DNA of 64,000 nt from the human T2T-CHM13v2.0 reference genome, Homo sapiens (GCF_009914755.1 NC_060927.1), one strand, 5' to 3'. Shown: positions 44,056-57,524, counted from the stretch's first letter. The notes: generated by a model not told the origin, from the letters alone. Numbers and translations: made by a program.

Positions 44056-44261
44056 CATATTATGTGTCTATCTCTCAAATACAAATCCATGTTCTTCAAG
44101 AGTGGAAACCATGTCTGTTTCAGTTTTGTTTCTGTATGCCTAATATAGTACATTGCATGTATCAGGCACTCATGAATAAATGAAAGAGTCAACCAACAAG
44201 TGAAATAACATCTACTGAATTGACATGGAACCACATAGAGTTCCTATTATCAAGAGTTGTT

Positions 44262-44386
44262 GGGTTGATGGGTGCAGAAAACCACCATGGCATGTGTATA
44301 CCTGTGTTAAGAAACCTGCACATTCTGCACGTGTACCCCAGAACTTAAATTTTTTGAAAAAAGCAATTTTATTCCAAAAAAAAAAA
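44262..44386 (+). mobile_element. Extremely 5'-truncated L1PA (last ~90 nt of 3'UTR plus tail)
   Basis: GGGTTGATGGGTGCAGAAAACCACCATGGC...CCTGCACATTCTGCAC...CCCAGAACTTAAA; TSD AAGAGTTGTT / AAGAGTCGTT. Confidence 0.88.
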
Positions 44387-44429
44387 GAGTCGTTTATGTG
44401 GGCTTAAATAGCTGTGCTTTTATAAATGT

Positions 44430-44808
44430 TCTTTTTTTTAATTTCAGCTTTTATTTTAGATACAGGGGATACGTGTGTGGGATTACTACATGGGTAATTG
44501 GACCCAGGTGGTAAGCATAGTATCCAATAGGTAATTTTTCAGACTGTGCCCTCTCCCTTCCTCCCCGTCTGGTAGTCTGTGGTGTCTGTTATTCTCAAGT
44601 TTATGTCCATGTGTGCTCAGTGTTTAGCTCCCACTCATAAGTGAGAATATGTGGTATTTGGCTTTCTGTCCCTGCATCAATTTGCTTAGGATTATGGCCT
44701 CTAGCTCCATCTATGTTGCTGCAAAGGACATGATTTCATGATTTTTTTTGACTGCACAGTATTTCATAGTTTATATGTACCACATTTTTTTAAATCTAGT
44801 CTACCATT
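44430..44808 (-). mobile_element. L1PA15/16-like 3' end
   Basis: TTTTATTTTAGATACAGGGG, CCCAGGTGGTAAGCATAGTA, TTTAGCTCCCACTCATAAGTGAGAA. Confidence 0.9.
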
Positions 44809-44890
44809 TCCAGCTATGTTCTTCATCTTTCTACCATTCACATCCTAGTGCGTGTAACCGATAAATTAGTATTCATTTAGATGGACTCCA

Positions 44891-45185
44891 TTTTATTTTA
44901 TTTTATTTTATTTTGAGATGGGGTCTCATTCTGTCGCCCAGGCTGGATTGCAGTGGTGCAGTCTTGGCTTACTATAACCTCCGCCTCTGGGTTCAAGTGA
45001 TTCTCCTGCCTCAGCCTCCTGAGTAGCTGGGATTACAGGCATGCACCACCACGCCCAGCTACTTTTTGTATGTTTAGTAGAGATGGGGTTTCGCATTGTT
45101 AGCCAGGCTGGTCTCAAACTCCTGACCTCAGGTGATCCACCCACTCTGGCCACCCGAAGTGCTGGGATTACAGGCTGGGATTACA
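44891..45185 (-). mobile_element. Alu (AluS-like) with rearranged 5' end
   Basis: Reverse Alu with (TTTTA)n tail; ends GCTGGGATTACAG-GCTGGGATTACA. Confidence 0.95.
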
Positions 45186-45983
45186 CCACTATTTTTTAAT
45201 GGCATTTTAGCAGTTAAAAACTGAATGCTCTAAAAGTCAGGGATGGCATGGGCACAGGTGAAAGATGAAAGTTTTGTCTATTTCTATTTCTATGATGAAA
45301 TCAGTTGGGTTAACAAGAGCATTCTTCTAAGCAGCTAGAGATTCTGTTGGTCTCATCCAGCCATCACCCAGATGGCAATACAACCAGTAAAAGGCAGATA
45401 ATGGTATCTGTTTTTGCAGACTTTATGTTCACACCAGTGTCACTCATCTTAACCTGGACTCTTGTCATCAGCTTGATATTTCCTCACTTTCCTCTTTCTC
45501 CCCTTTTCAAGTTATAGCTGTGCCTTGACATGACTTACCCAATACTCTGTATTCTCTTCGTGTTCATTAATAGGCTCATTTTCCAGAACTAACATTGGGG
45601 CATTTCAAGGACTTTTTACGTAGCACATGAGCTGCTTACAACGTAATTCTGTCTAGTTGGGACATATGTCATTTAGCCAGATTGTTTATGGCATTACCAC
45701 AGCCAAGCATATATTAGTTTCATAGTAATTTCTAGGGAAAAAAATGTGGAGGAAATATGTGGTTTTTGTTATACTTGCAATGTTACTATATTACTGCTTT
45801 TTTTTAAGTTTTGATTTCAATAAATACCTAGCATATATTTTCAGATGCCAAAGGACATACAATGATGAACAAAAACTCAGCTCGTCCTCAAAATCGATAT
45901 GTATTATTGGTGATGCTGGACTCCACCCACTCATAGATGTTTCTCATTATTGTGAAACATTACTTTTTGGAAAAAGAGAGCTG

Positions 45984-46425
<442 letters not shown>

Positions 46426-46472
46426 TTATTATTTCCTGTATGTGTTGCCTTCATGGACATTGGTTCATATAG

Positions 46473-46805
<333 letters not shown>

Positions 46806-46929
46806 TAAACATCTTGATTTTTTACTGAGTCAGAAACTGAGAAAGGGAAAAAATTATTTGCTGAAGACTGCATGCCTCAAGTTTATACCCATTATACTAC
46901 ACTGCCTGCTTGCGAAAGTATGTTTTAAA

Positions 46930-46983
46930 AAATTGTCACTGCTGTGCAGCAACTCAAATTGTCACTGCTGTGCAGCAACTCAA
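46930..46983. repeat. Perfect 26-bp tandem duplication
   Basis: AAATTGTCACTGCTGTGCAGCAACTC x2. Confidence 0.97.
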
Positions 46984-47900
46984 CTTTAAGTCTTAAACCT
47001 AGTTATCTTTTATCTTGAGCAGGACATATATGTTAAGCTGCTGAGGATGCTCCTTAACATGAGGCCATTGGGCGGGTGTGTGCCAGACAATCCTCCTAGT
47101 TGTTTCTCTAATACAGAGCTTCAGGTCGTCTCTTCCTTTTTCATCTTCTAGCCTGCCCTGGCCAAGTACCTATGAATCAACCGGCAAGGCGAGGGGTGTA
47201 TTTGGTGGGCTATAGAGTGGAATTAAGCAGAATATCAAAAATTTTAGCCAATAACATTGAACCTCAAAGAGGAAAGTACTGCTGAGTTCTGATAGATGCA
47301 AGACAAGCTAAAGACCTCCTTAGCTCCATTGTTCTGCATCAGCACAATATGTCCTAGTGAGAAGGAAAGACATAGCAAAACTAAAAATGACCTGTTTTTC
47401 AAGAGCAATGTCTTTTCACCCAAACTTGTGAACTGCTTGCCAAAAGTCAGGACTAACATTGTTTTGTACATTTGCATTAAAAGAAATTATATCACCGTTG
47501 AAGAGCTGATCAGAGAAAGGGTATAGGAAAAAGGAAATGTTAAAATAAGCTGTAAAATCCAGCCCATTTATATCTGGAGTTTAGAGGCAGTCTAACAAAA
47601 TGAATGTTCCATTTACTAATCACATTTGCCATTTATTCAAAACAAACACGGCTTGAGAGAGGATTAAATAAACATCCAAAAACTGTCGTTCTTGAAACCT
47701 TTGGATAGAACATTGAGTTGCATTCCTGCAGGAGAAATGCCAAGTGAGTGAGCCTAGTCCAAGTTTGTTTAGAAAGCCATATTTGGGAGAACCATGGAAG
47801 TGCGAACCTGATCATGTGAAAAGCCCAGGACTGTTCAGCCTTCTGTGGCAGTTCTGTGAGTTCTAGTACCAGACTATTAATAGGGAGTCAAGTAGAAATA

Positions 47901-48204
47901 TCCTTCCTTCCCCTCCCTCCCTCCTTCCCTTCCCTTCCTTCCTTTTCCCTTTCCCTTCCCCTTTCCCTTTCCCTTCCCTTCCCTTCTCCTTCTCCTTCTC
48001 CTTCCTTCCTTTTCCTTCCTTCCTTCCTTCCTTCCTTCCTTCCTTCCTTCCTTCCTTCTCTCTCTTTCTCTCTTCTTTGGTGTGCTGAGAATAATCTGCA
48101 GACAGTGACTCTACAGATAAGATTGCAAATATTTTCCCTTCCTTCATTCCTTCCTTCTTTCCTCTCTTCCTTCCTTCTTTCCTTCTTCCTTTTTTTTCTT
48201 TTTT
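47901..48204. repeat. CT-rich low-complexity tracts, (CCCTT)n/(CCTT)n
   Basis: Two pyrimidine tracts separated by about 55 nt. Confidence 0.95.
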
Positions 48205-48689
48205 AACCACATGATTTCTATTTCCTTTAGCAAGATGTTATCATGTGAGGGAAGTCTTAGGTTTCTATATCCCTTTATTCTTAGTGTTAGCATTTCTTAT
48301 TAAAGACAGATGTCTAGTTTTCTATTTTAAGGGTTATCTAATTTCAGTCATAAAAATGTCCTATAAATTAAGACATAACTTTGTCAATACTCTTCTAGAA
48401 CATAATAGCTACCCCAAAATATTTGTTCAATGATGGGAAATTCATTGATATTTAGACCTTCAGAGATGAAATAAATATGTTGCCTTTGCTTTTCAAAGAT
48501 GCCATCTTGCCCATTCATAAGAAAACTAAGACCCACAGAATGACTACCCAAGGCCTCACAGTATAATTAGGACTTTAACAAAAATCCATAAAACCTCTGG
48601 TATTGGGATATTTAAGATAATACATTGATATATACTTTATCACTGTCTTTGATAAAATAACAGTAAAACCATTTTAATGGGACACATTT

Positions 48690-48830
48690 TTATAACCATT
48701 GTGAATTTGGTCCTCAAAAAAGAACTCACTGAGATGATGAGATAATGCATATTCATCCTCTTTTACAGATGATGAAACATTTCGGAGAAGGCAAGTCAGT
48801 TTTCCAATTTTTCATACTATATAGATCATT
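48690..48830 (-). mobile_element. MIR
   Basis: CATCCTCTTTTACAGATGATGAAAC. Confidence 0.7.
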
Positions 48831-49367
48831 GAATCTTTGTCCCTTATATACAGAATCAACAATATGAAATATGTGGAACTTGAAATCATAGTTTCCAACT
48901 TTTCTGCCTATAGAATGCCCATTTCCAGTTGCTTAACATTTAGATTGATAAACATGAAATTCATTAAACAGGAAACTGAATAAGAGACCTGGACTAATAT
49001 TTAGGTATTACTTAGTATTCCATCCAAGAAGTGTCTGCAGACAGTGACTCCATAGATGATAAGGTTGCACATATTTCAGAAGCCAAATAAATGTTGTGAT
49101 TAAATGATTCAAGTCTGTTAACCATTTGGTAGTTATGATGTAAATGGCTGTTAAATGGAAAGCATTTGTAAAAATGTATGTGCAAAAAGAAAGGATTTCT
49201 AACAAACCGAATGGGCCTTACCTATTTTAGTTAATACTCTCAATAATGAGCAGTGAGATTAATTTATAAGTATGTGTGTGTGTGTGTTAAGATATATTCA
49301 CATTTTATGAAACCTGAAGCTTTGAAGCTTATCACTGTGGAAATAACTTCTGTATGCATAAAAGTAT

Positions 49368-50079
49368 TATATTATTTCGGTAGGACTGCTATAACAAAAT
49401 ACAGTCAGGCCTTCATATTCAAGTAGGCTGCATTCAGAATTCAACCAACTGCCAATGGAAAGTGTTTGTAAAAAATAACAAGTAACAATAAAATATTAGA
49501 AAATACTACAAATTTCAAAATACAATATAACAAGTATTTACCTAGCATTTACATTGTATTGGGTATTTTAACTAATCTAGAGATGATTTAAACTATGTAA
49601 GAGGATATGTGTAGGTTACGTGTATAGCATATCATATATATAAGGGATTTGAGCATCCATAGAGTTTGGCATCTGCATGGAGTCCTAGAACTGATCCCCT
49701 GCAGATATGAAGGGACAACTGTACCACAAACTGAGTGACATAAACTACAGATTTTTTTTTCCTCACAATTCTAGAGGCTAGAAGTCTGAGATCAAGGTAC
49801 TCACAAGGTTGCTTTCCTCTAAGAGCTTTCTCCTTGGATAAAAATGGCCACCTTCTCTCTGTGTCCTCACATGGTCTTTCCTCTGCTTCTCTGTGTCCTA
49901 GTCCCTCTTTTTATAAGGACAACTCCAGTCGTATTGGATTAAGGTCCACCCTAGTGCTCTCATTTTAACTTAATGGCCTCTTTAAAGGCCCTTTCTCCAA
50001 ATACAGTCACAATCTGATATACTAGGGGTTAGGACTTCAACATATTAATTTGAAGGGAGACATGACTCAGCTCATAACA
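49368..50079 (-). mobile_element. MLT1B-like MaLR solo LTR, interrupted by MER2
   Basis: AGGACTGCTATAACAAAATA|CCACAAACTG rejoin across the MER2; CTAGAGGCTAGAAGTCTGAGATCAAGG; end CAGCTCATAACA; 5-bp TSD AGTAT/ATTAT. Confidence 0.9.
49402..49721. mobile_element. MER2-like TcMar-Tigger MITE
   Basis: Ends CAGTCAGGCCTTCATAT ... ATATGAAGGGACAACTG with TA duplication (49400-01 / 49722-23); internal CATTTACATTGTATT...AATCTAGAGATGATTTAAA. Confidence 0.9.
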
Positions 50080-50137
50080 ATTATGTAGGCAAATGAACAT
50101 TTATTTTAAATGACAGAGGAAATGCAACATGTTATAA

Positions 50138-50205
50138 ATTAATAAAAGCTATGAAATACCTCAAAAATCACATTAATAAAAGCTATGAAATACCTCAAAA
50201 ATCAC
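50138..50205. repeat. Perfect 34-bp tandem duplication
   Basis: ATTAATAAAAGCTATGAAATACCTCAAAAATCAC x2. Confidence 0.97.
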
Positions 50206-50349
50206 AAAAATCTTGAAAAATAACACTCTTATGAATTAAATTCCTGATTACTTTTTCTTACATTTTTAGCAGCATATTCATTGATTAACTAACTGTACAA
50301 CCTAATTTCATAATATTTTCTGCAGAGAGAATACAAAGATAATTTCATG

Positions 50350-53300
50350 CTGAGAGTTTATTACTACCAGTCCTGCCTTACAACAGGTCCTTAAGGGAAT
50401 GATAAGCATGAAAGACTGTTACCTACTTCTACAAGGACACCTTTAAGTACATAGCCTGCTAACACTATAAAGCAACTATACTATCAAGTCTACATAAGAA
50501 CCAGGTAACAACATGATGGCAAGATCAAATGCTTATATATCAGTATTAATCTTGAATTTATGTGGGCTAAATGCCCCACTTAAAGGACACCGAGTGTCAA
50601 ATTGGATGAAGGAGCAAGGCCCAACTCTATGCTGTTTTCCAGAGTCCCATCTCACATGCAGTGACACCTTTAGGCTCAGAATAAAGGGATGGAGAAAGCT
50701 CTATCAAGCAAATGGAAAACAAAATAAAGCAGAGGTTGCTATTCTATTTCAGACAAAACAGACTGTAAACCAACAATGATTCAAAAGGACAAAAAAAGGG
50801 CATTACATAATGATAAAGGGTTCAATTCAACAAGAAGACTTAACAGTTCTAAGTATGTATGCACCCAATAAGGGAGCACCCAGATTTATAAAACAGGTTA
50901 TTAGAGAACTACAATAGTGGGAGACTTGAACACTCCACTGACATTTCTAGAGAGATCACTAAAGCAGAAAACCAACAAAGATATTTGGGACCCAACACTT
51001 GACCAAATGGACCTATGAGACATCTACAGAATATTTCACCCAACAACAACAGAATAAACATTCTTCTCATCTGCACATGACACATACTCTAAGATTGACT
51101 ACACACCCATTCATAAAGCAATTCTCAAAGAATTCAAAATAACTGACATCATACCAACCACATTCTCAGACCACAGTGCAATAAAAATATAAATCAATAC
51201 TAAGATCTCTCAAAACCATGCAATTACATGGAAATTAAACAACTTGTTCCTGAATGACTTTTGAGTAAAGAATGAAATTAAGGCAGAAATAAAAAAAATC
51301 CTTTGAAACTAATGAAAACAGATACAACATACCAGAGAACACAGCTAAAGCAGTATTAAGAAAAATGTTTGTAGAGACAAACACCTACATCTGTAAGTTA
51401 GAAAAATCTCAACAACCTAACATCACACCTAGAGGAACTAGAAAAACAAGACCAAACTAATTCCAAAGTTGATAGAAGAAAATAAATAGTTAAAATCAGA
51501 GCTGAACTGAACAAAATTCTGATATGAAAACCATACAAAAGATCACTAAAACCAAAAGCTGTTTTTTTTTGCAAGAATAAATAAGATTGTCAGACTACTA
51601 GCTAGATTAATAAAGAACAAACAAAGAGAACCAAATAAACACACTCTGAAATGACAAAGGGTACATTACCACCAACCCCACAGCAATACAAAAAACCCTC
51701 AGCGACTCTTATGAACAGCACTGCAGACATACATTAGAAAACCTAGAAGAAATGAATAAATTCCTGGAAACATAAAACCTCACAAGATTGAAGCAGGAAG
51801 ACATTAAAATCCTGAATAGACCAATAATGAGTTCCAAAATTGAATCAGTTATAAAAAACCTACCAACCAGTAAAAGTTCTGGATAGACCAGATGGATTCC
51901 CAGCTGAATTCTACCAGATGTAATAAGACTTGCTGGTACCAATCGTACTAAATAGCTTCCAAAAATCGAGGAGGAGGGACTCCTCCCTCAATCATTCTAT
52001 AACGCCAGCATCATTCTGATACCAAAACCTGACAGAGATAGAACAACCAAAAGTGAAAACTTCAGGCCAATATCCTTGATGAACATAGACACAAAAATCT
52101 TCAACAAAATACTAGCAAATTGAATCCAGCAGCACATCAAAGAGCTAATTCAACCCAATCAAATAGGCTTTAGCCATAGGTTGCAAAATTGGTTCACCAT
52201 ACACAAATCAATGAATGTGATTCATCACATAAAAGAACTAAAGACAAAAAACCACATGGTCATCTCAACAGATGCAAAAAAGGGTTTTGGTAAAATTCAA
52301 CATCGCTTCATGTTAAAAACCCTCAACAACTTGAAATTGAAGGAACATACTTCAAAATAATAAGAACCATCTATGTCAAACCCTCAGCCTGCATCATACT
52401 GAACAGGAAAAGCTGGAAGCACTCCCCTTGAGAACTGGAACAAGACAAGGATGCCCACTTCCACCACTCCTATTCAACATAGTACTGGAAATTCTAGAGC
52501 TCCAAATAGAAAGAGAGAAAGTCAAACTATTTCTGTTTGCAGATGATGTCATGGTATACCTAGAAAACCCCATAGACTCTGCCTAAAAGCTCCTTGATCT
52601 GATAAACAACTTCAGCAAAGTTCTAGACAGAAAATCAGTGCACAAAAATCAGTTGCCTTTCTATATACCAATAATGTCCAAACTGAGACCCAAATCAGGA
52701 ACACAATCCCATTCACAGTAGCCACAGAAAGAATAAGATACCTAGGAATACAGCTAACCAGGGAGGTGAAAGATCTCTATAATGAGAATTATAAAACACA
52801 GCTGAAATAAATCAGAGATGAAACAAATATATGGAAAATCATTTCATGTTCATAGATAGGAAAAAAATCAATATTGTTAAAATTTGGGGCAGTCATACTG
52901 GCCGAAGCAATTTATAGATTCAGTGATATTCCTGTCAAACTACCAATATTATCTTTCACAGAATTAGAAAAAAAAAATATTGTAAAATTCATATGGAACC
53001 ACAAAGAGCCCAAATAGGCAAAACAATGCTAAGCAGAAAGGACAAAGCCAGAGTCATCACAGTACCTGACTTCAAATTAAACTGCAAGACTGCAGTAACT
53101 AAAACTTCATGGTACTGGGACAAAAACAGACACATAAACCAATGAAAGAAGCTAGAGAAACCTAGTAATCATGCTGCACACCTACAACCATTGATATTCA
53201 ACATTTGTCAACTCAAGATGGATTAAAAGACTTAAACGTAAGACCTAAATCTATAAAAATCTTAGAAGAAAACCTAGGAAATTATATTCTAGAAATACTA

Positions 53301-54440
53301 TTCTAGGCCTTGGCAAAAATTTCATATGAGGTCTCCGAAAGCAATTGCAACAAAAACAAAAATTGACAAGTGAGACCTAATTAAAGAGCTTCTGCAGCAC
53401 AGCAAAACAATCAACAGAGTAAACAGACAGCCTATAGAAAGAGAGAAAATATTTGCAAACTATGCATCTGACAGAAGTCTGATATTGAGAATCTATATGG
53501 AACTCAAACAAATCAGCAAGCAAAAAGCATCCCCATTTAAAAATGGGCAAAGGACATGAACAGACATTTCTAAAAGATGTGCAATTAACCAACAAGCATA
53601 TGAAAAAATGCTCAACATCAGTAATCATTAGACAAATGCAAATCAAAAACACAATGAGATTCCTTCTGACACCACTCAGAATGGCTATTATTAAAAAGTC
53701 AAAATTAATAGATGTTGGCAAGGTTGTGGTGAAAAGGGAATGCTTGTGCACTCCTGTTGGGAATGTAAATTAGTTCAGTCTCACTGTGGAAAGCAGTTCA
53801 GGGATTTCTCAAAGAATGTAAACTAGAACTACCATTTGACCTAGCAATCCCATTACTGGGTATATACCTAAAGGAATATAAATTGTTCTATTAAGTTGGT
53901 GCAAAAGTAATTGTGGTTTCTGCCATTAAAAGTAATGGCAGAAACCTAATGAAAAGACAAATGCACTTGTATGTTCATTGCAGCACTATTCAAAATAGCA
54001 AAGACCTGGGATCAACCTAAATGCCCATCAATAATAGACTGGGTAAAGAAAATATGGTATGTATGCACCATGGAATACTGTGCAGCCATGAAAAGAGCGA
54101 GATCATGTCCTTTGCAGGGACATGGATGGAGCTGGAGGCCATTATTCTTAGCAAACTAACATGAACGGAAAACCAAATACCACATGTTTTCACTTGTAAG
54201 TGGGAGCTAAACACTGAATACACATGGTCACCAAGAGGGGAACAATAGACACTAGGACATACTTGGTGTAGAGGCTAGGAGAAGGGTGAGGGTCGAAAAA
54301 CTATCTATTGGGTACTGTGATCACTACCTGGGTGATGAAATAGTTTGTACACCAAACCCCTGGGACACACAACTTACTGATGTAACAAACCTGCACATGT
54401 ATCCCCTGAAACAAAAATAAAAGTTGAAAAAGAAAGAAAA
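50350..54440 (+). mobile_element. 5'-truncated old primate L1 (L1PA15/16-like): end of ORF1, decayed ORF2, 3'UTR
   Basis: ORF 50513..50779 resembles the ORF2p endonuclease N-terminus (LNLCGLNAPLKGHR); TTTGCAGATGAT (FADD); many stops, frameshifts and deletions; 3' end CCTGCACATGTATCCCCTGAAACAAAAATAAAAGTT. Confidence 0.95.
53891..53949. mobile_element. MADE1 (Hsmar1-derived MITE) with right inverted repeat partly deleted, inserted in L1
   Basis: TA|TTAAGTTGGTGCAAAAGTAATTGTGGTTTCTGCCATTAAAAGTAATGGCAGAAACCTAA. Confidence 0.92.
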
Positions 54441-55407
54441 TAATGTTTATACTTAGAAAAAAAATTATCTTTCTTCTAGCCTGAGTGATAAACATTTTTT
54501 ATTATTATAGTTTTTAAAAGTTTGGAAAACTGCCTTTAATCTGCACAACTTTTATTAGTATTGTTGTTTGAAATTTAAGATAATCAAATTTGGGGACACT
54601 CCTATTAAGTTTCTTTTATTTGTGAGCTATTACAACACCCTTACTCTTACTGCAGATTCATAGCTGATGAGTTCTATTTTGTGCAATTAGCATCAAAAAG
54701 AAAAATCAAGTCAGCCGTGCATTTATAATTGTGTTCAGTGCATTACTAAGCACATTCCTAAAGAGAAAGTATCTCCATTTGCATCATCGAAAACCAAGTA
54801 GTACTCCACATGTATACTTTTACACATCTGACTATTGGTTGAATTTCCAGCAGACTCAATTTCTGTCTCTATGCATTTTACTCCTGTTTGTCTCCTCTAC
54901 TAGTCTAATTTCCATGCTGGGTGTTATAGGACACATTAATGACACGTGACTTCTGGTCCCACAAATCTGTGTCACAGAGCTAGGACAGTAATGGGCCCAG
55001 GCACATTGAAGCATTCCAGGAACTCATTCCTATACAATGACGATGGGTGATGACTTAAGCACACACCATAGTGACTGCAGACCATGTAAATATATCCCAT
55101 GACACTCAGCTAAATGTCTCCCTGACTCAACCTTTCTTAACCAATCTCAAAGGTCACATGTTGATTCTAACATTTCCCTACATGAGCGTACACAGAAGAC
55201 AGAGTAGAAGAACCATAGTGAACATACAGCTTGGTCCCCTCCCAAGACCTTAGTAGGGGCCAGTGTACATGAGGGCCCCTGAAGCTTCATTTCCTTCCTC
55301 GTCAAAGCATGTTTATTTAAAAGTATTTATTTTACTCTGGATACTTCCTCAGAAATAGTTATTCCTTTCCTTTTTTCCCTCCCTCTCTCCTTACCTCTGT
55401 CTTTTCC

Positions 55408-55700
55408 TCAAACATTTATTTAGTGTATACTATATTCTAGACCCCATGTTGAAGAATAAGATACATATGCTGATGTCTACAGCACTGCATAGAAAGTAAT
55501 GGGTAACCTAAGTGGTTACAAATAAAATCTACTAGCTATCCTGGTGATTTAAAGGCCACCTTCAGCTGAATGTTCAGGAAAACCTTTATGAGGAAGTAGC
55601 ATTTGATCTAACCTATAGGACCGGTAGGATAGGGCCTGGGTGGGGAGACTGGGAGATGGAAAGGCATTCCAGTGTGCTGGTGCTGCACATGGTGGGACTT
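55408..55700 (-). mobile_element. L2 3' fragment
   Basis: CAAACATTTATTTAGTG..., TCAGGAAAACCTTTATGAGGAAGTAGCATTTGA. Confidence 0.65.
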
Positions 55701-57524
55701 CTATCACATGTATTCTCTATCTGTAACAGTTAAAGTTTTTTGGTTACTTGGCCTGGGTAATGGCAAAGCAAATGTACTAAAAGAAACTCTGGTTTTGTGG
55801 CCACCTCAGTTCCTTTGGAGAATGTCCTCTCTCAGCTGAAGCTGAGAACATCCAGTCACATTTCTGTTCTGGAACCCCTTAAGCTGTTTCTGTGACAACA
55901 TCTGAAAGAATTAAGCTTTATCCAAGTCACCAGAAAAGGGCTTACGTTAACTGTTTTCACTAAGACTCTACGTTTCAATACTAACACTTACGGACAAGTG
56001 GAAGGTATTCTTCAGTTGTATTTGGTAGTTCTTCTGTAGCGCCCCTTTTGTCTTCCTCCATTTCTCTCTTGCTAGCCCTCAACTCTACCCCACGTTCGTT
56101 TTCATTATCTTTTTTCTCATCCCCCATTTCCTGCTTATTTGTTTATTCTGGTGGCTCTTCTCTCTCTCATAGACGACATAGAAGCATGGCCTTCTTTCTG
56201 AACTTTCCTTGACCCAGAGGGAGAAAAGTCTAACATACTATCTTATTTATGCAATCTGAGGAAAGTTGTTGGCCAGCCATCACCCAGTGTGACCTAGTGA
56301 CAGAACCAGTAGGGATATCTGAGTGTTCAGTCTTTGAATGATTCTTCCAAGTCATATAGATGTGTTGATTACTTCAATCTTGAACAAGATATGTTGTCAC
56401 TATCATACTGGGCTATGAGTACTTGAGAACAGGGAACTGTGTAGTAAAATTCACCACATATGCTGGTAGCACACAGGCATCAACCAGTCTAAACAGAACC
56501 CACCCGGGTCACCTCCCACGTCACTGCTAAGACACAGTTCTTTACACAGACCATGTAAATGCTGTTGTGTTGTTTTGTCAAAGCTTCTATCACTCTTCTT
56601 GCTGTAATTTGAGAAGCAAAAGCATTAATAACCAGTTACTTACATAACTGGTATTGTAAGGCTTACTGGTGGCAGACAGCATTCCTGTGAGCAGTATTAG
56701 CACACCTCTCGATGAGAATGGCTGTGAACTACATTCTTTGGAGTAACAATAAGAAAGACTATACAAACCCTGGTCCTCTGTCTACAGTGAATGAACACGC
56801 TCATCTTTTCTTCCCACAGTGATTTTTTTCCAGATAACATATTCTAATGGCATGAGTATATTAAAATAAAGTCAGATAGGGTGAGGAGGGGCATGCTAAC
56901 AAAAATAATCTGTCACTCTTGCCAAATGGAGGTAATACAGTCACAATATTTACAAGTAAAATGGCAGGGATGTAATTGAAAGTACATCTATATATCATCT
57001 ATATATCATTCATATCATTCTTCAAGCTGTTATCACAGTTCCATCTTTGACTGATGCCTCTTCAATATGTTGTATAATGTACTATAGAGTTATTCCTTTT
57101 TACTCTTTTGCTCATGGAAATAATTTGAAGGCTTTTAACCTTCTGATCTCATTTTTCACTTTGTTCCAGACATGGCTTACTCTCTCTGCCATGGAACTAT
57201 CAGATAAAATGCATAATTTGATTAGACCAAAACTGTACTACCATCAGTCTGTCGGTCAACACAAGATATATTTTAAGGGGATCTACACAAAAGTCTGCAT
57301 GAAAATATTCCATATAAAGAATAGTTACATAAACCTTAATAAAAAGAAAATACTGGGAAGCACTTAGTGTCTCAGATTCTGGAATCAAAGCTCTCTTTCT
57401 TTTCGTTTCTTTTCTCAGCGATTCAAATGACCACTCTGATATTTTCTTTGCCAAATTAACTTTAGCATTGGAGGGGCGTTTATATAGTATCTGGCTTAAA
57501 GCTATTATTTTTCTCATTTGCTCT

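Larger units (their letters stand above)
49298..55300 (-). mobile_element. Arthur1-like hAT-Tip100 fossil, split into pieces (~49298-49367, ~50080-50348, ~54455-55300)
   Basis: Right end GGTCCCCTCCCAAGACCTTAGTAGGGGCCAGTGTACATGAGGGCCCCTGAAGCTT and left end TTTTATGAAACCTGAAGCTT resemble the Arthur1 subterminal motifs as I recall them. Confidence 0.6.
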
